A stretch of DNA of 64,000 nucleotides from an uncultured Alphaproteobacteria bacterium (GTDB lineage: Bacteria > Pseudomonadota > Alphaproteobacteria > HIMB59 > GCA-002718135): contig CACPNW010000006.1 in NCBI GenBank assembly GCA_902635455.1, positions 961 to 64,960 of the forward strand, given 5' to 3'. Positions 11,548 through 22,927 of the stretch are shown here, one piece after another (the stretch's first letter is position 1; each line of letters opens with the position of its first letter). The notes beneath the pieces were generated by a model. It made no database searches and was not told the origin of the DNA. It worked only from the letters and a program-made list of their open reading frames with translations. The translations under genes were made by a program, and so were the position numbers.

Positions 11548-14202
11548 TTTTTTTTCTATGTATTCCAAACAATTTTGTATTTGAGAAATATCAGATCCTC
11601 CACCCTGGGCCAAATCTTTTCGTCCTCCACCACCCTTTCCACCTAAAATATTAGAAATATTTTTAATTTCTTTTGACGCATCAAAAATATTTGAAATATC
11701 ATTAGACACACCTAAAACAATAGATAATTTTTTTTGATCATAAGATATAATTAATGAGATACTTTTACGTGGATATTTTTGCTTTTGTTCATCAATAAAA
11801 CTTTTAAGGGATTTGCTTGGGAAAGCTTCAGCAATTAAATAAATAAATTTTATGTCATTAACTTTTTTAACAATAATATTATCAATATTTTTTGAAATAG
11901 AATTGTTTAGTTTTAGTTTGTCATAATTTTGATTCAGTTCTTTTATATACAAAGCCTTATCTTCATATGAAGATTTAAATATATATTCTGGGTTTATATC
12001 TTTAATCTTTAATACTAATTCATCTATTTGTTTTGTGTGTTGTTTATCTATTTCAATATTAGTTTCTTCCAAATCTTTTATAAACTTTTCTACCGAAATA
12101 TTAGAGACAGCTTCAATTCTTCTTATGCCAGAAGCAACACTTGATTGATTGGTTATTTTAAAATTACTTATTTCTCCTAGTCTTGCTACATGCGTTCCTC
12201 CGCATAATTCTTTTGAAAAATATGAGCCGTTTTCATTTCCCATAGTTATAACTCTTACCTCATCTTCATATTTTTCACCAAACAAAGCCATTGCACCTTC
12301 TTCAATTGCTTTTTTTTGATCAATAATTTTTATATCAACACTACTATTGCTCTTTATTTGGTCATTAACAATTGATTCAATGCTATGAATATTTTCTTTT
12401 TCTATAGGATAACTATGACTAAAATCGAACCTAAGTTTTTCAGCATTAACTAAGGATCCTTTTTGTGTAACATGGTTTCCCAAAGTTTTTCTAAGAGCTG
12501 CATGTAATAAATGAGTAGATGAATGATTATATTTAATTAAGTTTCTGTTTTCGTTATTTACAGATGCTTTTATATTATCATTAAGCTTACATTTTCCATG
12601 TATAACCTTACCTATATGAAGAAAATAATTCCCAAATATTTTTGTTGTGTTTAATACTTCAAATTTAAAATTATCATTTTCTAAAAAACCTTTGTCTCCA
12701 ACTTGACCGCCACTTTCACCGTAAAAAGTAGTTTGATTTAATATAATTACTGCTTCTTTACCCTTTTCAATATTGTTTATTTCCATTCCACTTGATATAA
12801 TTGCTAAAATTTTGCTTTCAGTTTCTATATCTGTATAGCCAAGAAATTCTGTTGGTTCTATTTTAGATGTTATTTCATACCAAATTTTATCATCTTGAAT
12901 ATCGCCAGTCCCTTTCCAATTTTTTCTAGCTCTTTGTTTTTGATCTAACATTTTTTTATCAAAGGTTTTCACATCTACCTCAATATTTTTACTCTTAAGA
13001 TAGTCTTGAGTTAAATCTAATGGAAAACCATATGTATCATATAATTTGAATGCAACTTCCCCATCAAATATATTTGTTGAATTAGAAATTTCTTCTTCTA
13101 AAATCTTAATACCTTTTTCTACAGTTTCTTTGAATTTTGTTTCTTCATTCAAAAGAGTATTAATAATAAGATCTTTTGCTCTTTCTAATTCAGGATATGA
13201 TTTTTTAATGCTATCTAAAAATGTAGGAAATAATTTATGAAATATAGGGTCTTTGTTGCCTAATGAATGAGCATGTCTCATACCTCTTCTCATAATTCTT
13301 CTAAGCACGTAACCTCTTCCTTCATTTGAAGGCATAACACCATCGGCAATCAAAAAAGAGGAGGATTTTAAATGATCAGCAATTACTCTATGACTTGGAC
13401 TATAAATTGAATCTTTATTATCACATAGATTAGCAGACTCATTTATAATTGGTTGGAATAAATCTGTAGAATAATTATCATTTGATCCATCTAAAAGAGC
13501 AGTCATTCTTTCTAAGCCCATTCCAGTATCAATAGATGGTTTAGGAAGATTAATTCTTTTTTCTTTAGATATTTGTTCATATTGCATAAAAACTAAATTC
13601 CATATTTCAATAAATCTATCACCATCTTCGTTATGTGAGCCTGGAGGCCCTCCTGCATATTTATCTCCATGATCAAAAAATATTTCTGAGCAAGGCCCAC
13701 ATGGCCCAGTTTCTCCCATTGACCAGAAATTATCTGATGTGTTAATTTTAATTATTTTATCATCAGATAAACCAGCAATCTTTTTCCATAAATTAAATGC
13801 TTCTTCATCATCAGAGTAAACAGTTACAAGCAATCGATTTTTACTAACTGCATATTCTTTGGTTATTAGATTCCATGCTAACTCTATTGCTAAATCTTTA
13901 AAATAATCTCCAAATGAAAAATTTCCTAACATTTCAAAAAAAGTATGGTGTCTAGTTGTATAGCCAACATTTTCCAAATCATTATGCTTGCCACCAGCTC
14001 TAACACATTTTTGAGCAGTTGCTGCTCTATTATATTCTCTTGTTTCTTTTCCGGTAAATATATTTTTAAACTGAACCATGCCTGAGTTTGCAAACATTAA
14101 GGTTGGATCGTTATCAGGTACTAAGGAGCTTGAATGAACGATTTCATGATCATTTTTGCTAAAAAAATTTAAAAAAGTAGACCTAATATTATTTGAATTC
14201 AT
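11530..14202 (-). CDS. alaS: Alanine--tRNA ligase
   Basis: [38 protein letters not shown]...CGGTH editing domain, GGKGGG. Confidence 0.98.
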   Translation of the reverse strand: MNSNNIRSTFLNFFSKNDHEIVHSSSLVPDNDPTLMFANSGMVQFKNIFTGKETREYNRAATAQKCVRAGGKHNDLENVGYTTRHHTFFEMLGNFSFGDYFKDLAIELAWNLITKEYAVSKNRLLVTVYSDDEEAFNLWKKIAGLSDDKIIKINTSDNFWSMGETGPCGPCSEIFFDHGDKYAGGPPGSHNEDGDRFIEIWNLVFMQYEQISKEKRINLPKPSIDTGMGLERMTALLDGSNDNYSTDLFQPIINESANLCDNKDSIYSPSHRVIADHLKSSSFLIADGVMPSNEGRGYVLRRIMRRGMRHAHSLGNKDPIFHKLFPTFLDSIKKSYPELERAKDLIINTLLNEETKFKETVEKGIKILEEEISNSTNIFDGEVAFKLYDTYGFPLDLTQDYLKSKNIEVDVKTFDKKMLDQKQRARKNWKGTGDIQDDKIWYEITSKIEPTEFLGYTDIETESKILAIISSGMEINNIEKGKEAVIILNQTTFYGESGGQVGDKGFLENDNFKFEVLNTTKIFGNYFLHIGKVIHGKCKLNDNIKASVNNENRNLIKYNHSSTHLLHAALRKTLGNHVTQKGSLVNAEKLRFDFSHSYPIEKENIHSIESIVNDQIKSNSSVDIKIIDQKKAIEEGAMALFGEKYEDEVRVITMGNENGSYFSKELCGGTHVARLGEISNFKITNQSSVASGIRRIEAVSNISVEKFIKDLEETNIEIDKQHTKQIDELVLKIKDINPEYIFKSSYEDKALYIKELNQNYDKLKLNNSISKNIDNIIVKKVNDIKFIYLIAEAFPSKSLKSFIDEQKQKYPRKSISLIISYDQKKLSIVLGVSNDISNIFDASKEIKNISNILGGKGGGGRKDLAQGGGSDISQIQNCLEYIEKKLISIN

Positions 14203-14241
14203 TCAGATCTATTATAACTTGGTAATTACGTTGTCTAATAT

Positions 14242-14271
14242 AAAAAAGGCGTTAATTTTAACGCCTTTTTT
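14242..14271. terminator. Rho-independent terminator downstream of recA (bidirectional shape)
   Basis: AAAAAAGGCGTTAA-TT-TTAACGCCTTTTTT perfect inverted repeat. Confidence 0.85.
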
Positions 14272-14289
14272 ATAAATATTAAGTGCTTA

Positions 14290-15375
14290 TTATTTGTCTT
14301 CTTTTGATTTTTTATCTTCTGTGTCACCTTCCATCATAGCTTTTTCAACTATGCCAGCATTTTCAAGAATTTTATTTTGAATTTCTTGAGCTATTGGAGG
14401 ATTTTCCTTTAAGTAATTCTTAACATTTTCTCTACCTTGACCTATTTTATTATTCTTATAGGAAAACCAAGAACCCGCTTTATCAATAATTTCAGCTTTA
14501 ACACCTAAATCTACCAATTCTCCTAATTTTGATATTCCTTCACCATACATAATATCAAATTCAACAACCTTAAATGGTGGGGCTACTTTATTTTTAACTA
14601 TTTTAACTCTAGTCTGATTTCCAATTATTTCATCTTTATCTTTTATAGCTCCTATTCTTCTGATATCCATTCTTACTGAAGAGTAAAACTTTAATGCATT
14701 TCCACCTGTTGTAGTTTCAGGACTGCCAAACATAACACCAATTTTCATTCTCAATTGGTTAATAAAAACAACTAAAGTATTTGATTGAGCTATAGAGCTG
14801 GTAAGTTTTCGAAGCGCTTGACTCATTAATCTAGCTTGTAACCCAGGAAGTGAATCTCCCATATCACCCTCTAATTCAGCTCTTGGCACCAATGCTGCTA
14901 CAGAATCTATTACTAAAACATCAATACCACCTGATTTAATTAAAGAATCGGCTATTTCTAATCCTTGTTCACCAGTATCTGGTTGAGATATTAATAGTTC
15001 ATCAAGTTTTACACCTAATTTTTTTGCATATGCAGGGTCAAGAGCATGTTCTGCATCTATGAAAGCACAATTACCGCCCTGCTTTTGGGATTCAGCTACA
15101 ATGTGAGTAGCTAAGGTTGTTTTGCCCGAGCTCTCTGGGCCATATATTTCAATTATTCTACCTTTAGGAACACCTCCAATACCTAAAGCTATATCCAATC
15201 CTAGAGATCCAGTAGAAATAGCTTCTATATCTACATCAGTTTTTGAGCCTAATTTCATAATTGAACCTTTACCATGATTTTTTTCAATTAAATCTACGGC
15301 AGCTTCAAGAGATTTATTCCTATTTTCTTTATCCATATTATTATTTTCTATAACTTTTAACTTAGCTTGAGACAT
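14290..15375 (-). CDS. recA: Recombinase A
   Basis: [43 protein letters not shown]. Confidence 0.99.
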   Translation of the reverse strand: MSQAKLKVIENNNMDKENRNKSLEAAVDLIEKNHGKGSIMKLGSKTDVDIEAISTGSLGLDIALGIGGVPKGRIIEIYGPESSGKTTLATHIVAESQKQGGNCAFIDAEHALDPAYAKKLGVKLDELLISQPDTGEQGLEIADSLIKSGGIDVLVIDSVAALVPRAELEGDMGDSLPGLQARLMSQALRKLTSSIAQSNTLVVFINQLRMKIGVMFGSPETTTGGNALKFYSSVRMDIRRIGAIKDKDEIIGNQTRVKIVKNKVAPPFKVVEFDIMYGEGISKLGELVDLGVKAEIIDKAGSWFSYKNNKIGQGRENVKNYLKENPPIAQEIQNKILENAGIVEKAMMEGDTEDKKSKEDK

Positions 15376-15434
15376 TGATTTTCTCCATTATTTTAGTATT
15401 TTTTTATTAAGATTCTTGCAAATCATGAATATTT

Positions 15435-15475
15435 GTACACGTTTTGTTCTTATTTTTAAAGTTCTATTTTTGTTC
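15435..15475 (-). promoter_or_regulatory. Two tandem alphaproteobacterial LexA (SOS) boxes upstream of recA
   Basis: GTAC-N7-GTTC at 15435-15449 and GTTC-N7-GTTC at 15461-15475. Confidence 0.85.
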
Positions 15476-15572
15476 TTTTTGAAATAAAAGCATAACTAAC
15501 TGAAAAATAATAAAATTTATAATCCTATTAATCTTGAAATAATAAAATCTTTTGATAAACGGCAGCTCAAAA

Positions 15573-15983
15573 ATGACAAAATTAACAAAAAATTATAAGC
15601 CCACTAATAAAGAAAAGTTCATGAATGCTAAAATGAAGGAGTATTTTAGACAAAAACTAATGAATTGGAAAAAAGAACTTCTTGAAGGCTCTTCTGTAAC
15701 AATTGAAAAATTAAAAAATGAACAAAATTCAGCTCAGCCAGATATAACAGATAGAGCTACTGAAGAAATTGAAAGATCTTTTGAGTTAAGAACAAGAGAT
15801 AGAGAGAGAAAATTAATTAATAAGATTGATTCTGCTCTTTTAAGAATTGAAAATGGTTCTTATGGTTATTGTGAAGAAACTGGTGAGCAAATAAGTTTAA
15901 AAAGACTAGAAGCTAGACCTGTTGCTACACTGAGTTTGGAAGCACAGGAAATGCATGAAAAAGCTGAAAAAAGATTAAATTAA
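15573..15983 (+). CDS. dksA: RNA polymerase-binding transcription factor DksA
   Basis: DITDRA coiled-coil tip, RTRDRERKLI.KI, YGYCEETG, RLEARP; probable ATG at 15573. Confidence 0.93.
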   Translation: MTKLTKNYKPTNKEKFMNAKMKEYFRQKLMNWKKELLEGSSVTIEKLKNEQNSAQPDITDRATEEIERSFELRTRDRERKLINKIDSALLRIENGSYGYCEETGEQISLKRLEARPVATLSLEAQEMHEKAEKRLN

Positions 15984-16008
15984 TTTTAAATAATATATAA
16001 ATAATCTA

Positions 16009-16203
16009 ATGAATTTAGATTATTTTGCATATTTAACGCCTGGTGTATTTGTTATAAATCAAGAAAAAGAAGATTGGGGAATTGGTCAAATACAATCTTC
16101 TATAAACAACAAAATAACAATTAACTTTGAAAATGTTGGAAAAAAAACTATAGATCCAAAAATAGTAAAAATAAAGATTATTAATATTAATGGAACTAGT
16201 TGA
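16009..16203 (+). CDS. DUF3553 family protein
   Basis: PG..V......WGIGQIQS.I..KITINFEN.GK pattern. Confidence 0.7.
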   Translation: MNLDYFAYLTPGVFVINQEKEDWGIGQIQSSINNKITINFENVGKKTIDPKIVKIKIININGTS

Positions 16204-17182
16204 TCAATTTTTAAGAAAAATAAATTATCTTAGGATATCTGTCACTGATAGATGTGATTTAAGATGTGTTTACTGCATGAAGGAAAAAATGAATTTTCTT
16301 CCTAAAAATGAAATATTAACATTAGAAGAAATTGATAGATTGTGTTTTAACTTTATTCAGTTAGGTGTTGAAAAAATAAGATTAACAGGAGGCGAGCCTC
16401 TGGTAAGAAAAAATATTATTGAATTAATTAAAAACTTAAATGAAAAAAAACAAAATACAAATTTAAAAGAAATTACTTTAACAACAAATGGCACATTATT
16501 AAAAAATTATGCAAAAAGTTTAAAAGAAAATGGAATCGATAGGATAAATGTTTCTCTAGATACAATTAACAATGATAAATATAAAAAAATAACAAGGTTT
16601 GGAAATTTAAATAATGTTTTAAGTGGGATAGATGAAGCATTAAAATATAATATTAAAATTAAAATTAACACTGTAGTATTTAAAAATTTTAATGAAGATG
16701 AGCTTTTTGATTTAATTGAATGGTGTAATAATAAAAATATTGATCTAACCTTTATAGAAGTTATGCCAATGGATGATACTGATATGCCTAGAAACATGCA
16801 ATTTGTTTCTCTAGATAAAATATATAAAAAGTTAAATAAATTTTACAATTTCAAAGAAAGTGAGCATAAAACGGGTGGGCCTGCAAAATATTATATAGGT
16901 CATAATCTAAATATTAAATTAGGATTCATTACTCCTTTATCAAATAATTTTTGTGCAAGTTGTAATAGAGTGCGAATATCAAGTACTGGAAAACTTTTTA
17001 TGTGTTTGGGTCAAAATGATTATGTTGATTTTAGAGAAATTATGAGAAATGATAGAGGAGACTCACATATAAAAGAAAAAATTAAATTTGCCTTAAGCGT
17101 AAAGCCTAAACGTCATGATTTTATTATTGATCCAAAAATTAAGCCATATATTAAAAGACATATGAATGTTACAGGTGGTTAA
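16190..17182 (+). CDS. moaA: GTP 3',8-cyclase (molybdenum cofactor biosynthesis)
   Basis: YLRISVTDRCDLRCVYC, LTGGEP, FCASCNR, C-terminal GG. Confidence 0.97.
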   Translation: MELVDQFLRKINYLRISVTDRCDLRCVYCMKEKMNFLPKNEILTLEEIDRLCFNFIQLGVEKIRLTGGEPLVRKNIIELIKNLNEKKQNTNLKEITLTTNGTLLKNYAKSLKENGIDRINVSLDTINNDKYKKITRFGNLNNVLSGIDEALKYNIKIKINTVVFKNFNEDELFDLIEWCNNKNIDLTFIEVMPMDDTDMPRNMQFVSLDKIYKKLNKFYNFKESEHKTGGPAKYYIGHNLNIKLGFITPLSNNFCASCNRVRISSTGKLFMCLGQNDYVDFREIMRNDRGDSHIKEKIKFALSVKPKRHDFIIDPKIKPYIKRHMNVTGG

Positions 17183-17940
17183 TGAAATTTCATTTTCTGT
17201 CATCTGAAAATCCAGAAGCAAAAAAGGTAGAATTAAAATTAAAAGATTTGTATGGTCAAAATTCTGCTGAAGATTCTAATTATATTATACCAATCGGTGG
17301 CGATGGATTATTATTAAAATCACTTCATACTTATAACAAATTAAATAAACCTTTTTTTGGAATAAACTTTGGATCAGTTGGTTTTCTTATGAATAATATA
17401 AAAAATGATAATTTAATTGAGATAATTGAAAGTTCAAAAAATTCAAATTTTAAACCTCTTAAAATGATGTCAACTAGTGTTGATGGAAAAAAATGTGAGG
17501 CTTATGCATATAATGAGGTATCTATAATGAGACAAACACACCTAGCATCTAAAATTCAAATAAATATTAATAATGAAATTAAAATGAAAGAATTAATATG
17601 TGATGGAGTTCTTGTTTCAACCTCAGCAGGAAGTACAGCTTATAATTTATCAGCACATGGTAGTATATTGCCATTAGACTCAAATATTTTAGCACTTACG
17701 CCTATTAGTGCTTTTAGACCTAGAAGATGGAGAGGTGCATTGTTGTCTGAAACAAATAAAATTGAATTGTTTATAATTGATAACAAAGAACGTTCATCAA
17801 GTGTAACTGCTGACAATATTGAATTTAGGAATATAGAAAAAGTTGAAATTGAGTCATCTAATGAAAATATTTGTACTGTATTATTTGATAGTAAGCACTC
17901 AATTGAAGATAAAATATTAAATGAACAATTTAATTATTAA
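17182..17940 (+). CDS. nadK: NAD kinase
   Basis: GGDG, G.VGFL, NE, DGVLVST.AGSTAYNLSA. Confidence 0.93.
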   Translation: MKFHFLSSENPEAKKVELKLKDLYGQNSAEDSNYIIPIGGDGLLLKSLHTYNKLNKPFFGINFGSVGFLMNNIKNDNLIEIIESSKNSNFKPLKMMSTSVDGKKCEAYAYNEVSIMRQTHLASKIQININNEIKMKELICDGVLVSTSAGSTAYNLSAHGSILPLDSNILALTPISAFRPRRWRGALLSETNKIELFIIDNKERSSSVTADNIEFRNIEKVEIESSNENICTVLFDSKHSIEDKILNEQFNY

Positions 17941-17951
17941 TTAAAATTAAT

Positions 17952-18326
17952 TTAGTCTGAACAAAATACACAAATTTTATTTCCATCTAAGTCTCTAAAA
18001 TAAGCGTAATAATGCTCTCCATGTCTAGGGCCTGGCTTTCCTTCGTTTACAGCTCCAAGCTCTAAAGCAATTTTATGAATTGCATTAACTATTTCTATAG
18101 TCTTTGCATTGAATGTAATCATAATGCCATTGCCTACCGTAGCATCATTTTTATCAAATGGTTTCATAATATAAAAATCAGCAAGTGACTTGTTTTGTTC
18201 TTTTGAATAACCAACATACCTTTCATCAGTAACAACTCTTGGAATTTCTAAAATTTTAAAGATTTCATCATAAAAATATGAACTTTCTTTAAGATTATTA
18301 GTTCCTATAGTTATAAAAGCATACAT
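17952..18326 (-). CDS. VOC/glyoxalase family protein
   Basis: ITIGTN.L...FYD, G..EG.PG.R, YYAYFRDLDGNKI. Confidence 0.85.
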   Translation of the reverse strand: MYAFITIGTNNLKESSYFYDEIFKILEIPRVVTDERYVGYSKEQNKSLADFYIMKPFDKNDATVGNGIMITFNAKTIEIVNAIHKIALELGAVNEGKPGPRHGEHYYAYFRDLDGNKICVFCSD

Positions 18327-18343
18327 AAAAACTGATTTGTCCT

Positions 18344-18428
18344 TGGTAGCCTCGGCCGGACTCGAACCGGCACTCCCAAAAGGGCAAGGATTTTAAGTCC
18401 TTTGTGTCTACCATTCCACCACGAGGCC
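18344..18428 (-). tRNA. tRNA-Leu(UAA)
   Basis: GGCCTCG...CGAGGCT acceptor stem, GGAATGGTAGAC D-arm, CTTAAAA anticodon loop, long variable arm, GGTTCGAGTCC T-arm, encoded CCA. Confidence 0.96.
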
Positions 18429-18582
18429 AATTGTTTTTCCCTTTATATTCTCTCATTTTTTATTCACAAGTAAAATCATAAAATATGAATTAAAACAAAT
18501 TGATCCGAGATTGTGTCGAGGATTCTATTGGGAATTTAGAAATAAGTTGTTTATGAAACTAAAGGCAAACTAATTTGAACTA

Positions 18583-19704
18583 ATGAATGGAAATAAATTA
18601 AAAACTAAAATTTGGATTATTTTAATTACATTGTTAGTTTCAGTAATGAATATTAATATTCAAGCCAATGAAGCTAAATACAAGACTAAGCGTGTTCCAG
18701 CTGAATGGGAACCGCAAGAGGCAATTTGGATGCAATGGCCTGGCTATTGGGAAAAAGATTATGAATTAACTTTCGCAAAGATGGCTGATATAATTTCACG
18801 CTACGAAAAGTTACATATTCTATATAATTCAGATCAAATTTATACAGAAGCACAAGAATCAATTAGAGAAATAGATTCAGACCCACTGCAAAAAAATATT
18901 CATTGGCACAAGGTACCCAATAATAATGCTTGGATGAGAGATAATGGGCCTGTTTATGTTTTAAATGATAACGAGTTAAGGATTCAAAATTGGAATTTTG
19001 ATGCATGGGGTGGTGCTTTTGGTTCAGATATCCCTTTTAATTTAGATAATGAAGTCCCAGATAAAGTTGGTGAGATTCTAGGTTTGCCTGTTGATCACAT
19101 AGAAATCGTACATGAACGAGGTAACTTGGAATTTAATGGATCAGACACAGTTATATTAAATTGGAGCACCATTGGTGATCCAAGCCGAAATTTGAACTAC
19201 AATAAACAGCAGGCTGAAAGTGATTTAAAGAATTACTTCGGTGTAACTAAAGTTATTTTTATTGAAGGTATTCCAGATGGAGATCTTACAAAAGGACACA
19301 TTGATGGTATTGCAAGGTTTATTGGACTAAGAACTGTAGTCGTTGTTCAATGTACAATCCAGTCATTATGTCAACCAGATAGTAAAGATGCTAAGATTTA
19401 TGATGAGGCAGCTAAAATAATTGAGGAAGCAGGGTTCAGTGTAATAAGAGAACCTATTGAGGGCTTTGTTAAACACAATGATCAAATGTTTGATACTAAT
19501 TACATGAACTGGTTAGTTGGAAACGGATTTGTAATCGTACCTGGTTTTGGAAATCCAGATACAGATATCAAAGCAAAATCTCGTATAGAAAGCTATTTTC
19601 CAAATCGCGATGTCCATCTAATTGAAACGTTAAGTTCTTGGGCAGCTGGAGGTGGGGTGCACTGTCATACAAATGATCAACCTGCCTTTTCAATATCTAA
19701 ATAA
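18583..19704 (+). CDS. Agmatine/peptidylarginine deiminase family protein with N-terminal signal peptide
   Basis: PAEWEPQ, WMRDNGP, GHIDG, GGGVHCHT; basic plus hydrophobic N-terminus ending IQA. Confidence 0.85.
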   Translation: MNGNKLKTKIWIILITLLVSVMNINIQANEAKYKTKRVPAEWEPQEAIWMQWPGYWEKDYELTFAKMADIISRYEKLHILYNSDQIYTEAQESIREIDSDPLQKNIHWHKVPNNNAWMRDNGPVYVLNDNELRIQNWNFDAWGGAFGSDIPFNLDNEVPDKVGEILGLPVDHIEIVHERGNLEFNGSDTVILNWSTIGDPSRNLNYNKQQAESDLKNYFGVTKVIFIEGIPDGDLTKGHIDGIARFIGLRTVVVVQCTIQSLCQPDSKDAKIYDEAAKIIEEAGFSVIREPIEGFVKHNDQMFDTNYMNWLVGNGFVIVPGFGNPDTDIKAKSRIESYFPNRDVHLIETLSSWAAGGGVHCHTNDQPAFSISK

Positions 19705-19756
19705 ATTTTTATAATTCAGTGTAAACTAACTACAAAGTATTTTAAAAAAGTTTTTG

Positions 19757-20503
19757 TCAGACTAATGAAATTTTTCCACCCTTTAATCTGATCATATTTT
19801 TTATTTCATCAACTACCTCTTGAATATTTTCCATTTCCCAAGATGATATTACTATATTAACCCCACCCTTTTTTTTATCAAAATAAAAATATGGGTAGCT
19901 TCCTATTGAACATTTTTTATATTTTTTTTGAATTTTCTCTAAATCTAATGCTATAATACTTTCAAAAAGATTTGTATTTACCGTTATTATTTTTTTAGAA
20001 AACCCTTTTTGTATTTTATCAAGTACATTAAAAAACATTTTTTCCATAATTGCAGGCACTCCAGGCAATACGAAAACATTTTCTATTTGATATCCAGGAG
20101 CAAATGTCAGAGGATTATGAATTAATTTTACACCTTCAGGCATTCTCGCCATTTTTTTCCTGCCCTCATTAAAATTATTTTTAGAGTAATAATTTTCTAG
20201 AATTTTATAAGCTTCTTTATTGTAAACATATTTTTTTTTAAATGCCTTTGATATACTTTTTGAAGTTATATCATCATGAGTTGGGCCTATACCACCTGTT
20301 GTAAAAACATAAGAAAATTTCTGCTTAAAGTCATTTACAGTATTTATGATTAATTTCTCATCATCTTTTATCACTATTATTTGTTCAAGTTTAATACCTG
20401 ACTCAATCAATTTTTTAGCAATAAAATTAGAGTTTGTATCTTTAGTCCTTCCAGATAAAACCTCATCCCCTATAATAATTACACCTGCGGATAAAATTTT
20501 CAT
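19757..20503 (-). CDS. CinA-like molybdopterin-binding domain protein
   Basis: IGDEVLSGRT.DTN, GGIGPTHDDIT, LPGVP. Confidence 0.87.
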   Translation of the reverse strand: MKILSAGVIIIGDEVLSGRTKDTNSNFIAKKLIESGIKLEQIIVIKDDEKLIINTVNDFKQKFSYVFTTGGIGPTHDDITSKSISKAFKKKYVYNKEAYKILENYYSKNNFNEGRKKMARMPEGVKLIHNPLTFAPGYQIENVFVLPGVPAIMEKMFFNVLDKIQKGFSKKIITVNTNLFESIIALDLEKIQKKYKKCSIGSYPYFYFDKKKGGVNIVISSWEMENIQEVVDEIKNMIRLKGGKISLV

Positions 20504-20590
20504 AATAATTATAATAAAATATTATAATTTTTTACAAATAACTATAATTATTCTATTAATTAATTAATAAAAATATTAATCAGGAAAAAC

Positions 20591-21385
20591 ATGGAAAATA
20601 ATAGTATACCAATACATAAGGATTCAGACTTTGAAGGTATGAGAAAGGCAGGTAAGCTAACATCATATATTTTAGATCAATTAGAGGATTTAATTAAACC
20701 AGGTATTAGCACCAACGAAATAAATGATTTTTGTCACAAATTAATTATCAAAAATAATGCTATTCCTGCACCTCTAAATTATAAAGGATTTCCAAAATCT
20801 GTATGCACTTCCGTAAATCATGTAGTTTGTCATGGTATACCATCTGATAAAAAAATTTTAAATTCAGGAGATATAATCAATGTTGATATAACAGTAATTT
20901 TAGATGGCTGGTATGGAGATAGTTCAAGAATGTTTGTTGCTGGTAAAATTAATAAAAAAAATTATGATCTAATAAAAACAACATATGAGTGTCTTCTTTT
21001 AGGAATTAAAAAAGCTTTACCAGGAAATTATTTTGGAGATATAGGAAGTATAATCCAAAAACATGCAGAGGAAAAAAAATATTCTGTGGTAAGAGATTTT
21101 TGTGGTCATGGAATTGGTAAATCTTTTCATACCGCACCAAGTGTTCTGCATTTCGGAAGACCTGGTGAAGGAGAAAAAATATTACCAGGAATGTTTTTTA
21201 CAATTGAACCAATGATCAATATTGGAAAATGGGATGTCAAAATTCTCAATGATGGCTGGACCGCTGTAACAAAGGATAAATCCTTTTCTGCCCAATTTGA
21301 ACATACGGTTGGAATTACTAAAGATGGCAACGAAATCTTTACTCTTTCTCAAAATAATACTGATTTTCCTATAAAAGGAATGTAA
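20591..21385 (+). CDS. map: Type I methionine aminopeptidase
   Basis: CTSVNHVVCHGIP, D...GD, GHGIG, FTIEPM, SAQFEHT. Confidence 0.97.
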   Translation: MENNSIPIHKDSDFEGMRKAGKLTSYILDQLEDLIKPGISTNEINDFCHKLIIKNNAIPAPLNYKGFPKSVCTSVNHVVCHGIPSDKKILNSGDIINVDITVILDGWYGDSSRMFVAGKINKKNYDLIKTTYECLLLGIKKALPGNYFGDIGSIIQKHAEEKKYSVVRDFCGHGIGKSFHTAPSVLHFGRPGEGEKILPGMFFTIEPMINIGKWDVKILNDGWTAVTKDKSFSAQFEHTVGITKDGNEIFTLSQNNTDFPIKGM

Positions 21386-21404
21386 TAAAGAGAATAATTA
21401 AAAA

Positions 21405-22694
21405 ATGATCCCTAGATATAATAGAATAGAAATCGAAAAAATTTGGACAAATCAAAATAAATTTAAAATTTGGACAGAAATAGAATGTTTGATAGCTGAA
21501 AAGCTAGCTGATATGGGTAAAATTCCCAAAAAAGCAGCAAAAGATATAAAATCTAAAGTAAGATTTAATGTTAAGGAAATTGAAAAAATAGAAAAAGAAA
21601 CAAAACATGATTTTGTTGCATATATAAACAATGCAAGTTCTTATATAGGTGAATCAGCAAAATATTTTCACCATGGTGTAACATCTAGCGATGTAATTGA
21701 TACTTCTTTTTCAATACAGCTAAATAAAACTGCTATAATTATAAGAAAAAATCTTAAAAATTTAATTAAAACATTAAAATCGCAGTCAATAAAACATAAA
21801 AAAACTTTAATGATAGGTAGGAGTCATGGAATACACGCGGAGCCCATTACATTTGGTCTCAAAATGGCTTCATTTTATTATGAATTTTCAAGAAATCTTA
21901 ATAGATTAGATAATGCTATTGATGAAATTTCTATTTGTGCAATTTCTGGTCCAGTAGGAACTTATAATTCAATTGACCCAAGTGTAGAAAAATATGTTGC
22001 TTCTAAATTAAATTTTAAATGTGAAGATATATCTACACAAATTATACCAAGGGATAGGCATGCATATTTCTTTTCAATATTAAGTATAATTGCCTCATCA
22101 ATTGAAAGAGTAGCTATTGAAATAAGAAACTTGCAAAGAACAGAAATTTTAGAAGTTGAAGAATTTTTTGATAAAAACCAAAAAGGATCTTCGGCTATGC
22201 CACATAAAAGAAATCCAGTACTAAGTGAAAACCTTACTGGTGTAGCTAGATATATACGAAGCTCAATTATACCTTTTTTGGAAAATGTAGCTTTATGGCA
22301 TGAAAGAGACATAAGTCATTCTAGTGTTGAAAGGATACTAGCTCCAGACATAACAATAGCAGTTGATTTTGCATTAAATAGATTAAACGAAATTATAAAA
22401 AATCTAAAAATTTATCCAAAAAATATGAAAAAAAATTTAAACTATTTAAATGGGATTCATAAAAGTCAAAATTTACTTTTATTGTTAACTAAAAAAGGTT
22501 TATCAAGACAAAAGGCTTATACAATGGTTCAGAAAATTGCTATGGAATCATGGAATAATAACAAAAAATTTGATGAACTAGTCTTAAAAAATAAAGAAAT
22601 TATTAAATACATAAATAAAGAAAAAATTGAATCTATCTTTAAAAAGGAAGATTTTGTTAAAAATATTGACAAGATATATAGGAGAATAAAATAA
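21405..22694 (+). CDS. purB: Adenylosuccinate lyase
   Basis: MIPRY, GRSHGIHAEP, GSSAMPHKRNP, WHERDISHSS. Confidence 0.97.
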   Translation: MIPRYNRIEIEKIWTNQNKFKIWTEIECLIAEKLADMGKIPKKAAKDIKSKVRFNVKEIEKIEKETKHDFVAYINNASSYIGESAKYFHHGVTSSDVIDTSFSIQLNKTAIIIRKNLKNLIKTLKSQSIKHKKTLMIGRSHGIHAEPITFGLKMASFYYEFSRNLNRLDNAIDEISICAISGPVGTYNSIDPSVEKYVASKLNFKCEDISTQIIPRDRHAYFFSILSIIASSIERVAIEIRNLQRTEILEVEEFFDKNQKGSSAMPHKRNPVLSENLTGVARYIRSSIIPFLENVALWHERDISHSSVERILAPDITIAVDFALNRLNEIIKNLKIYPKNMKKNLNYLNGIHKSQNLLLLLTKKGLSRQKAYTMVQKIAMESWNNNKKFDELVLKNKEIIKYINKEKIESIFKKEDFVKNIDKIYRRIK

Positions 22695-22696
22695 TT

Positions 22697-22927
22697 ATGC
22701 CTATGAAAAAAGAAGATATTGAAACATTGATAAAAAAATCAATATCTGATTGTATAGTTGAAATTGAAGATTTAAAAGGTGATGGAGATCATTATAAAGC
22801 TACTGTAATTTCTAAATCTTTCAAAGGAATAAATAAAATTGATCAGCACAAAATGGTCTATAACGCTCTACAGGGTAAAATGGGTAGAGAACTACATGCT
22901 TTAATGCTAATAACAAAAACGGAGTGA
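22697..22927 (+). CDS. bolA: BolA family protein
   Basis: DL.GDGDHY, S..F.G...QH..VY, LHAL; adjacent to grxD. Confidence 0.9.
   Translation: MPMKKEDIETLIKKSISDCIVEIEDLKGDGDHYKATVISKSFKGINKIDQHKMVYNALQGKMGRELHALMLITKTE

Noticed and set aside
15573-15983. DksA lacking the four-Cys zinc finger as a novelty
   Set aside because: Single-Cys DksA is already known in alphaproteobacteria.
18430-18582. Guanidine riboswitch upstream of the deiminase
   Set aside because: No ACGR-loop hairpin pair or ykkC-type consensus visible; an Infernal/Rfam scan would be needed to exclude it fully.
18344-19756. tRNA-integrated mobile island
   Set aside because: No integrase and no duplicated tRNA 3' end seen; the deiminase lies on the 5' side of the tRNA.
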